Positions 1 through 10,607 of a stretch of 64,000 nt of DNA are shown in pieces (position 1 is the stretch's first letter; each line of letters starts with the position of its first letter). The position numbers and the translations under genes are program-made. The notes beneath the pieces are model-generated. The model was not told the DNA's origin. It saw only the letters and a program-made list of their open reading frames with translations, and ran no database searches. The stretch comes from Podarcis bocagei (taxonomy: Eukaryota). The DNA lies in NCBI GenBank assembly GCA_964188305.1, contig OZ076893.1. One strand, written 5' to 3'.

Positions 1-215
1 ACTGCTGCTTCTTTATGACTCAATTTTTTTTGAGAGCCGCAGCTTTACATGACCTGCACCTGACATCATACAATGTCATGTGAGTGACAGGTGGACATGG
101 CAAAACTGCCCAACAGGCTACATTAGCTTGCCTAGGGCTCAAGGGCCAGAGCTTCCCAACCCCTGTATTACGTCTTTTGTCTTTCTAAGCTGTACTTCCT
201 CCTTTAACCAAACTA

Positions 216-533
216 CAGTGGTGCCTCGCAAGACGAAAATAATCCGTTCTGTGATTCTCTTCGTCTAGCGGTTTTTTCGTCTTGCGAAGCAAGCCCATTG
301 ACGGATTAGCGCTATTAGCGGCTTTTATCGGCTTATCGGATCATCTGATAAGCGGCTTAGCGGCTTAGAAAAAGGGGGGGAGGAGAAAAAACCCGCAGGA
401 ACTCGCAAGACATTTTCGTCTTGCGAAGCAAGCCCATAGGAGATTCGTTTTGCGAAGCACCTCCAAAACGGAAAACTCTTTCGTCTAGCGAGTTTTCCGT
501 CTTGCGAGGCATTCGTCTTGCGGGGCACCACCG
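216..533 (+). mobile_element. pogo/Tigger-like MITE, family A, short copy
   Basis: TA|CAGTGGTGCCTCGCAAGACGAA left end, degenerate right end TTCGTCTTGCGGGGCACCACCG, multiple TCGTCTTGCG subterminal repeats. Confidence 0.85.
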
Positions 534-733
534 CATAGTATCTTGTTGTTAACACTTCAATATGTTTCTAAGTATTCTTGTGGCAAACAGATTCTTAAGT
601 AATAAAGTTCCCATCTTTTTCCTTAGCCTGTGCCCTTCCAAGCTTCCATGCACTTTGAAATGTTCCTGATAATAATAGAATATGTTCAATTTTTCTTGAA
701 TGTCTGGAAACTATTCCAGCCGACCAGCCAACC

Positions 734-985
734 ATCTCAGAGGCTATTTTGCTTTGCTTTTATGTTTTACTAGAAATCTTGTATATCTGCAGGTCAGGTA
801 AAAGTAGCTTAAGGTCACAACACAGTTGTGTGGTCTACAGACGCTCATTAAAATCCTGATAAAAAGAAGCAAATAAAACTTTACCTAATTCATTGCTTTT
901 GAGCACTTGCAGATTCAGTGTACATCCTGCAGATATACAAGATTTCTAGTAAATCATAAAAGCAAAGCAAAATAGCCACTAAGAT
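734..985. repeat. 60-bp inverted repeat (734-793 and 926-985)
   Basis: Arms are reverse complements with 3 mismatches; 132-bp spacer. Confidence 0.92.
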
Positions 986-1252
986 TTTTACTAATTTATT
1001 TTCTTCATATTTTATGCTACCAAATTCATAGTGTATTATTTACCTGTTCATTTAAAATCCAGTCAACTGCTTCATTCAGAACTCTGGCAGCTTGTAAACT
1101 GATGTGGAAGTCTGCACTGGAGGACATCTCTTTCCATAGTAGATATTTTTCCTTTCCAAATTGTTCTCTGCAAGCTCTTTGACACCCAAGAGGGGAATAT
1201 ACAAATGCAAATATCTTCTCATCCATGGCATCCCCCCCCAAAAAACCCACTT

Positions 1253-1990
1253 TAAAGATAGCCCCACCTGGAATGCATTACAATAATCTAATCGAGGTTA
1301 CCAGCGCATGGATTATTGTGGCCAGTTTATTCCAATCTGGGAATGGTTCTACCTTACAAACAAGGGGGAACTGGAAAAAGGCACTCCATGCTACCTGAGC
1401 CTCAAATGACAAAATGGTATCCCTATGCTACATACCTTTCCTTCAGAGAGAGTGCAACCCTATCTAGAACACAATTCCTGGACACAATCACCCACCAACA
1501 GAATGTCCATCTTGCTGGGATTCATTCACCCCATTACAACCTTCAGGCATCTGTTAAACACCTGCCCAGATTTACCTGATTCAGATGGTAAGGAGAAATA
1601 GACCTGGGAATCATCTGCATAGGGATGACACCATGCCCCAAATTCCCCCAATGACCTCACCCATCAGCCTCATATGTTAAAAAGCATGAACCCTGTGAGA
1701 CCCCACATTGATAAGGGCCTGAGTAGGAATCCCCCAAATGCATATTTCTCAGAATAACCCTGCAGCTGAGCGTGGAACCACCATACCGTTCAACTCCCAA
1801 CCCATAGAGCTTTTCCACGATCAGTGGTATTCGAAGCTTCCAAGCGATCAAGGAGAAGCAACGGGGTCACATTCCCCTATTTCCCAATAAAGGTCAGCAA
1901 CCAGGGCAACTAAAGGTGTTTTGGTGCCAAGGTGGGCCGGAAGCTAGAATGCATTGGGTCCAGATAATAAAATGAACTAGTGAGCAGTAG
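1253..1990 (-). mobile_element. Degenerate L2 LINE RT fragment
   Basis: Minus strand reads ...GVSQGS... and IIHALVTS(R)LDYCNAFQVGLSLK with frameshifts; typical L2 ORF2. Confidence 0.7.
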
Positions 1991-2454
1991 CTCTTTTTTT
2001 CATGGTTTTTGAGGTTGCAGCCATTGAGTGCATAATGGTTCACACCGAGATAAGCCTAACACTAGCACCTGGAACTTCCTTTTGTCATAAAGATGAAACT
2101 GGGTATAACAGAAGGACATAAGAATTGTCTTTGGAATTGCTGATATGATAGTTTTCCTGGAGTGAGAACCATGCCACTAAGGTCTAGCCTCCAATGTCCT
2201 GATCAAGATTGGAGGGAATAAAAATCAAGAAACACAGACTCTGGATAATATTTCTATCTGTCCAAGTTTGCAAATGACCGTTTCATACTTCATGGTTTAG
2301 ATACATCACCTCTCTGCTAGTTGAATTCGAATAAGTCATTCCCTTTTGTCTTCCTGTTGTTGTTTGTTGCCTGAGGTACCTCTGTACCTCTAGAAGTAAC
2401 GGTTTTGATATGTGCCATGATATTTCTTGAAAATTGAAGCCAGAACAAATGGTC

Positions 2455-3150
2455 AATAACAATAACAATAATAATTTATTTATTTATACCCCGCCCATCT
2501 GTCTGGGTTTCGCCAGCCACTCTTGGTAGCTTCCAACAGAATATAAAAAACACAATAAAACTTCAAACATTAAAAGCTTCCCTAAACAGGGTTGGGGGGG
2601 CGCAGGTGGCGCTATGGGTTAAACCACAGAGCCTAGGACTTGCCAATCAGAAGGTCGGCGGTTCGAATCCCCGCGACGGGGTGAGCTCCCGTTGCTCGGT
2701 CCCTGCTCCTGCCAACCTAGCAGTTTGAAAGCACGTCCAAGTGCAAGTAGATAAATAGGTACCGCTCCGGCGGGAAGGTAAACGGCGTTTCCGTGTGCTG
2801 CTCTGGTACGCCAGAAGCGGCTTAGTCATGCTGGCCACATGACCCGGAAGCTGTCTGCGGACAAACGCCGGCTCCCTCGGCCAATAAAGCGAGATGAGTG
2901 CTGCAACCCCAGAGTCGGTCACGACTGGACCTAATGGTCAGGGGTCCCTTTACCTTTTCCTTTAAACAGGTTTGCCTTCAGATGTCTTCTAAAAGTCAGA
3001 TACAGTAGTTGTTTATTTCCTTGACATCTGATGGGAGGGCATTCCACAGGGTGGGTATCACTACCGAGAAGGCCCTCTGCTTTGTTCCCTGTAACCTTGC
3101 AGTGAGGGAACTGCCAGAAGGTCCTCGGCGCTGAACGATGGGAGTGGAGA
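2455..3150 (-). mobile_element. L2 3' end, interrupted by a Sauria SINE
   Basis: RAFSVVIPTLWNALPSDVKEI on minus strand, AAT-rich tail, colinear with the copy at 32297. Confidence 0.85.
2594..2962 (+). mobile_element. Sauria SINE inserted into an L2 3' end
   Basis: tRNA-like head (GGTGGCGCT..GG, B box GGTTCGAATCC), (ACCTTT)n tail. TSD taaacagg(g/t)tt at 2583-2593 and 2963-2973. Confidence 0.93.
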
Positions 3151-3979
3151 CTTCTACTGAAGAAAGCAAATGTTGCTGAGAACGTAGGCAAAGAAAGCAT
3201 TGCTGGGAAATAGAATGGGGGTGATATAGCCACAACAAAAGAGCAGGGGTTATAGTTTAGAGCATTAGGAGAGAAACAAGTCATTAGCAAATCATGTGTA
3301 AATCTGAGGAATGGAGAGAGGGAAAGAGGATTGAAGCAGAGTGCTGCAGTTTTGCAGTGGGGCTGTCTGCACATCTCTTCTGATGGCATCTCAAAGGAAT
3401 GCCTATAGCAATTGGAACCACATTCGAGACTTTAGCTGTCATCAATTAGTTCCAGAAGAAAAGTTTTGGGTCAATTCTAGCTTAAGAATTCTTCTTTATT
3501 TTTCAATTATTTTTTGCAGCAGTGACCGTGCTTGTAACCAGTTTCGCATAATTACTTAATAAAGCACCATTGAATGGACATGCAAAATATTTACGTATCT
3601 GTGGTGAAATAGGTTTCTTCTGTCAGTTAGGAAGGAATGTCAGCAAGAGAAATGCAATCTATTTTTCAACAGAATACTTTTAAATACTGTTTTACATTTT
3701 GTATTCTTCTATTCAAAGTCACAATGGCTATGTTTTCACGAGAAACAAGCAGAAGAACCTCCTGGCTGGTCAGACCAGGTCCATCTTGACAAGCATTCTG
3801 TTTCCAGTAGGGGCCCGGTGCAGATACTGATTTTAATGCAGACATGAATATACATGACTATAATACTTTCTACATGACTATGGGACTATAATACTTTGGT
3901 TTCCCCTGTGGGGTTTTTTGTGGGGGGAGCTTTATTTAACCCAAAACCAAGTGGGGAGCATATCACTTCCACAGCAGTC

Positions 3980-4440
3980 TAATCTTCTTCAGCTTCAGCT
4001 GGTCCATTATGTAGCACCCAGATTACTGGCTGGAGTTCTGTTTAGAACCGATATCATGTCTAAACTCATATATGTTTAAAACAGCTGCATTAGTCACCAG
4101 TTAGTTTTGGGGCCTAAATACATTAGTATTTAGAATGTTAAATGATGTAGGTTCTAAATATTTGAAAGACTGCTTCATTTCCTACAGAACATTTTGGATG
4201 TTCAGATCAGTGGATGTGGGCCACCCTCACTTGGCAATGGGGGTGGCCCAGCAGAGGGCATTCTCTGTGGCAGGCCCTAAATTACATAATTTCCTCCCTA
4301 CAGAAGTGTGTCTGACACCTTCAATGTATAGTTTATGTTTTATGCTGAAGACATTGGTCTTTGCTGCCTGTGACATCTTTTTATTACCCACCCTAGTCAT
4401 GTTACTGTAATTTATTTTTAAATTGTTGTAATAATAATAA
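3980..4440 (+). mobile_element. Degenerate L2 3' portion
   Basis: LQLVHYVAPRLLAG...LKQLH...QRAFSVAGPKLHNFLP, then a (TAA)n tail. Confidence 0.7.
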
Positions 4441-5759
4441 TTTGCCCCCAAGTGGGTTTTTTTTTGGGGGGGGGGGAGATGCCATGGATGAGAAGATATT
4501 TGCATTTGTATATTCCCCTCTTGGGTGTCAAAGAGCTTGCAGAGAACAATTTGGAAAGGAAAAATATCTACTATGGAAAGAGATGTCCTCCAGTGCAAAC
4601 TTCCACATCAGTTTACAGCTTCTCACAACTGCGTTGGGTAAAGCAACAACAACTCTCAAAGAAACATTTACACACCTGAACATCATGTGCAGTTTGACCC
4701 CTTGTGTAACTTAGCTACAGGTCGTAATGGCTTTCCTAAATATATGAAGGATGAAAGCATAGGATACATTTTGAGACCACACAAAATATAGAGCTATGAG
4801 GTTATAACCTTTCTCCTTTGAACTTCTTTCCTTTTCTAGTTGTCAGTCCATGGGGACTCAGCTGAAAATGAGCTTAAATGCTTAATTGAGTTCCAAACCA
4901 CTAGTCTCAGACTCTTCTGGAAACTGGACACCGTGCATAAACAGAAACATTAAATCAACTTGGTTTTTTTAAGGCTTTTATGGTCACATAGTGTGCTGGG
5001 TGAGGAAATCACCTCTGAAGTGAATCAGGTGTATTGTACAGAATCTGTCTGGCAAGGCTTGTTTCATTTCCTCTTTATTATTATTTTAAAATATAAAAAC
5101 ACAGCTAAAATAATTAAGGCATCTATGAAAAATAAGAGAACCTTGAAGATTTTTAAGTTGATAAAGCTGCAGAATTGGATGTGGAAGCCACATTTATACT
5201 ACTAATATGGTTGAACTGAGTGGTAATTAAAAGCAAATGATTCCTGGATATGTTAGGAATGCTAAAGCTGAACAGAATTGATCTTATTCCAAATTCTTTA
5301 CAGCAGTTTAGCAGCAGGATGATAAATCAAAGACCCAAAGTGAAAACCAGACAGATCTAAGCCAAGCTGCTAATTTGAGCACGTTTCCAAAGACTCAAAA
5401 GTTTGTTCAAGCACACAGAATATGGTAGACTTCCCCTGCTAAAATGTCTTCTTTGTGGTCCTTAAGTAAATAGCATTTATTCACAGTTAAATATAAATAC
5501 TATCTTTATTCATAAATTCATATAAACTTCATATCCTTCAACAATATGATCCCAAATGCATGTGTGGCAGGGGAAACCCAGCCAGATGGGTGGGGTATAA
5601 ATTATTATTATTGTTGTTATTAAATAGTGTAGCTGCATTAGTTAAAGCAGCACTTCCTAGTGGGGTAATAGCAGCTGTTCAGTGCAGCATTTTGATTGCT
5701 CTCATGCAAAACATTTATTTCCAAGTATCAGGTGGTTTTGTGAAGAAAAGAAATGAGTA

Positions 5760-6093
5760 AAGGTAAAGGGACCCTGCTCTGACCATTAGGTCCAGTCGTG
5801 GCCGACTCTGGGGTTGCGGCGCTCATCTCACTTTATTGGCCGAGGGAGCCAGCGTACAGCTTCCGGGCCATGTGGCCAGCATGACTAAGCCTCTTCTGGC
5901 GAACCAGAGCAGCTCACGGAAACGCCGTTTACCTTCCCACCTAGTTATCGACTTGCACTTTGAAGTGCTTTCGAACTGCTAGGTTGGCAGGAGCAGGGAC
6001 CGAGCAATGGGAGCTCACTCCGTCGCAGGGATTCGAACCGCCGACCTTCTGATTGGCTAGTCCTAGGCTCTGTGGTTTAAACCACAGCGCACC
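5760..6093 (-). mobile_element. Sauria SINE with very long TSD
   Basis: Reverse complement of the 2594 element; flanked by direct repeats 5697-5759 and 6094-6161. Confidence 0.92.
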
Positions 6094-6941
6094 TGCTCTC
6101 ATGCAAAACATTTACAGTATTTCCAAATATCAGGTGGTTTTGTGAAGAAAAGATATGAGTACGGTAGGGTAAATGAGTATGCCGCATAGGCCACGTGCAG
6201 TTGCAGCCTAGGTCATTTATTTACTTTGGGCATGCCAGGGGTGGGTGGAAACGCCCCACAAACAGATCAGTGGGCAGCGCCTTCTGGTTGCTGCACTCAG
6301 GCCCCTTCAGACGTCTCTAGGGAGATCCAGACTAATTCTAGCTGTTAAAGAAACGCAAAAACAAAATGAGCCAAAAAGAGTGGTATGTTTATATAATCAA
6401 CTGATTTGAGGACACATTCATTATGTTCTACTCTTGTGTCACCAGAACCAATATACCTTATTAATATTTATGAATGTTAAGCTATTTAATATGACAATCT
6501 ACAGCAATTAACAAACAAATTATGCCTTTACCAAATCATATATCTTATTTGCTTCTTATTTGTTGGAATCCACACAAATAACGGTAAATTAGATAGATCC
6601 TGGAGTGATTCAACAACAGGATACTTTGCTATTTGTGATTCAGTAACAGGACAGTAATTAAGAATATGCACTCTTAATACAATTTAATTGTGAAGAGGTT
6701 CTGCCTGTGGTCTGTCTTTTTCTAGATTTCCAATAGCCCATGGTTACAATTACAAAGCATTATTTTACACACACTGGGGAATGCTGCACAATATTCAGTG
6801 ACTCACAGCTGGCACATACTTTTAGGGATCAAGGAGACTAATTTAGACAAATATAATTCAGAGTAGATATTACAAACTTGACCATGTTGACCAGGAAGCT
6901 CCTAGATATGAGAAACAGCTATGTCTTACCATTTTTGGATC

Positions 6942-6943
<2 letters not shown>

Positions 6944-6991
<48 letters not shown>
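6944..6991. repeat. (TG)24 microsatellite
   Basis: 48 bp perfect dinucleotide run. Confidence 0.98.
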
Positions 6992-6993
<2 letters not shown>

Positions 6994-7504
6994 CTCTGCT
7001 TTTGCATACTGAAATAGTGTTTTCAAAATCAATTTATCCAGATAGAAATGACAAACGAAAGTAGAATTACACATTATGACAGATGGAGCTGCTGTGTTGA
7101 ATTCTCCCCTTCTGCAACACACACGTTGCAGCTTGTGGCCAGCTACCTCCTGCTCTCTAATTCTACCCATCAAATGATAGTGAAAGAAATGGATCCTTAC
7201 TGTTGGCAGTCAGTGAAAAGCCCTGGAATATGATGGCTTCAGGCCCAATCATTCCAGATCCAGGTTCCTGCTGCTGCTGCAGCAGTCTGTCTGCCCCTCA
7301 CTTTGCACCCTGCATGTGTGGCAGGAGCTGCAGGAGCAGCAATGACCCAGCACTTTATAAAGTTCTGCAGGGCTGGAGTCTTGATTGCTCCTTCTGTTTC
7401 TGATCATTTAGAATAGTTCAAAGCAAGTTAAATGGTTGACTTGGAAAAGTGATCAATTAAATAATCCCTTTCAGAACCATAGGAGTAGGTAAGATGCAGT
7501 TGTT

Positions 7505-7862
7505 ATCCTTCTCAGTACGGTAGTTGCTCCCAGACTTTGGAATTGCCTCCCTAGAGAAGTTAGGCTGGCTTCCTCATTGTGGTCCTCCTGCCAGCAGGTG
7601 GAGACTTTATTGTTTCAGCAGGCTTTTGGGAACCGGCTGATTTAAATGAAAGGGCTGGTGCCATGCTGTTTTTATTGTAATTATTTGTATGGTTTTAATA
7701 TACTTTATGTATATAGTTTTAATTCTATCAATTTTTATTTGTTTTTAATCCCCCTCCCTGTTTTTAGCTGGGGTTTGTTTGTGTTTTTTAATATCTCTAA
7801 GCAGCCTTGAGTCCCTGTCAGGGGAAAAGTTTGGGGTGGATGGGTAATAAATAAATAAATAT
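7505..7862 (+). mobile_element. L2 3' end fragment
   Basis: FS..APRLWNCLP-like coding remnant, T-rich UTR, (TAAA)n tail. Confidence 0.65.
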
Positions 7863-10191
7863 AAACCTTTCTCAGAAATGTTTGCTGAAACTATGAGAAT
7901 GTATTCTTTTTACAGGCGAATTAGAATATGTTTTTTAAATACTGGCCTGAACTTTTTTTAAAAACCAACTCCCTTAAACTTGTAAAATGTACTCATGAAT
8001 AAAAATGGCAAGTACTATATTGATGCATATATGCAGACACTAAATAGAAATATTTCCCTTTCCTTTTTGGTACCTGGCACTTGCACTTAACAGAAACTCA
8101 GTGCCAGGATCTTGGAAATGTCTGCAGTCTGGGCCAGGAATTTCAAGCAGAGCTGATATGGAAGCTAGCGAAGACCAGGAAGTGTGAAATAGACTGAGCT
8201 TGAAACATGAATTCTAGATCATTTCTGGGTTATAACATCAGCTCATTATTTATGTTCAAATAATTTGTGTCCTACACAATTTGACAAATCAGAATGATAA
8301 TTTGATCCAAGGAAGGAAGGAAAATATGGAAATAGAAGATTAAAAATAAAAGATTAAAGAAGAGAGAACCTGCTTGAACTATTCAAGGTACGATAAATGG
8401 CTTAAGAGAGAAGTGAGGGAGAACAGCCTTTTAAGAACTGATTTCAGAGAATGAAAGGGAAGCATTCAGTCTAGATAAATAAGATGCCACAGATAGCACC
8501 AGAAACTGTTGATGAATCCTCTATCCACAGGAATGTGTGTTATATCCCACACACACATTCAAAGCCACTGCCAGTGGATGTTCTCAGATTATTTTAGTGT
8601 GGTTTTATTTTTATTTTTGAAATAATGCTCCAATTTTGCAACTTGCCACATCCAGGCTCAATCCACATGTCAGTATTTTCTATGGGATGTCAAGTTGCTT
8701 TCTTAAAATATGTCAGAACATCCAGAAAATGAATGTCTTGCTCCTGTAACTTTGCAGCTGACTTCAGCCATTGGAAAATAAATTACAATCAAATGATAGG
8801 AAATGCACCACATAAAAAAATAATAATTCATAGAGTGCAAAAAATTGTAGACTTGAGGTAAAGATGAGCAGGAAACAAAGTCAAGTCCAGTTGACACAAG
8901 TATTTCAGAGAAGACCTAGAAGGCAATGGCACTTTTATAATTAGCACTTTTATAGCATTTAGATCTGCTCCTTAAAAAAAATATTTAAAGACCAAGTACA
9001 AGGTTTGGATCATTTATGAAAGTCTTTCAACTGCACAAAGCAGTCATTGAGAACATGAGTAACATACAGGCTTTATCAGAGTGGGAGAGGATTGCAGCTA
9101 TCTTTGATGTTAATGCTATTTCCTGAAAGTGGCGTTTTCAGTTTCTATACAGTGACCAGAGAGAAATATAGGAACAGTACACAATTTCACATAACACCTC
9201 CCCAGTTTCTCTCACTCTGTCTGTCTTATTATGCCTCCCCCCCCCCTCTCTCACACACAAAATACTCAGGGATGCAAATGTGTGTTCAGGAGCCTGGGGC
9301 TCTTAGAAATAAGAATCTGGACTCAGACAATGCTAATTAGATAGGGCATGTTTATTTTATAGTTCCTTGCTTACAGTTATGCAGACCGGTGTTCTTCCTT
9401 CCAGAATCCCCTTTGCCCCATTTCCTAAGGTGGACTGTCTCATGCTTAGCTTAGAGCATTCTGAAATCCTGGTCTCGATCAAGGAATGGATTGGTCATAA
9501 ACATTACATCCCTCCTTTCCCCCATCAAACCACAAATATATTTGAAAACACAGAACACTTGAAAACACTTCTACAACTGTGTTACAAAAACTACAACTAT
9601 AACAATATTATATAACTAAAGCCATAGAACAAAACCAAATAATTGCTGTATGGTTCACAATGGAACACAATGGTTGGCCCTTGCTGAGTACCTTTGACCA
9701 CACGGAAAGGAGTTGCTGGACTTGGTATAGCAGGAGTACTATTTTTATGAAGTTGCCATCATGCCTATGAGTTCTGAGCAGTGCTGTGAAGTAGGTTAAT
9801 GATAGAAACATTTCTTGTTAATTTTGGGGGACCCCTTGTGCCGTGACCATTGTGCCACTTGCTGTGATCTGATATGGCACAGAATAGAAGAGCGCTGAGA
9901 GTATATCGCGTGGCTTGAGATTGTATTGAGAGTATATTGTGTGGACACAAAGTGCATCCCACTTTGAATGGCGTTTCTGTAGCTCTCTTACTCTGCTTCA
10001 TTGCAATATATGCCGTATCTCATTGGTGCAAATTCTTGTTTTATATTGCTTCCATCTGCGGTAGCAATATATAGAACTTCTGAATGTCCCTATAAACCCC
10101 TCAACCTGCCCATTTGCTTGTGGCCAATAAGGTGCAACGTTTCAGTGTTTGAATCCAGTATAGTCTGAAAATTAAGCAAAATGATGGTCTA

Positions 10192-10607
10192 CAGTGGTGC
10201 CCCGCAAGACGAAATTAATTCGTTCCGCAATTTTTGTCGTCTAGCGAATTTTTCGTCTAGCGAATCACGAAATCCCATAGGAATGCATTGAAAATCAATT
10301 AATGCGTTCCTATGGTCAAAAAAAGTCGAAACAAAGCCAAATTTGGTACAACAACAGTTTATTAACTGCTCTTTAAAGTCACACATACTGTAAAGAGCAG
10401 TTCAAAAATTGAAGGGAAAATAAATTAACTTTATAAACAAAACATGTCTTTGTTTTTAGACAAAGGAAACAAAGCCGCGAGACGTTTTCGTCTTGCGAAG
10501 CAAGCCCATAGGGAAATTTCGTCTTGCGAGGCAAATCGAAAATGGAAAAACCTTTCGTCTAGCGAGTTTTTTGTCTTGCGAGGCATTCGTCTTGCGAGGT
10601 ACCACTG
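10192..10607 (+). mobile_element. pogo/Tigger-like MITE, family A, AT-rich interior
   Basis: TA|CAGTGGTGCCCCGCAAGACGAA ... TTCGTCTTGCGAGGTACCACTG|TA. Confidence 0.9.

Larger units (their letters stand above)
1090..4620. repeat. ~165-bp inverted duplication (1090-1252 and 4450-4620)
   Basis: Near-identical reverse complements; the same peptide appears in the ORF track at 1026..1250(-) and 4442..4714(+). Confidence 0.93.

Noticed and set aside
2594-2680. tRNA gene (A and B boxes)
   Set aside because: It is the tRNA-derived head of a Sauria SINE, repeated in four copies, with no complete cloverleaf.
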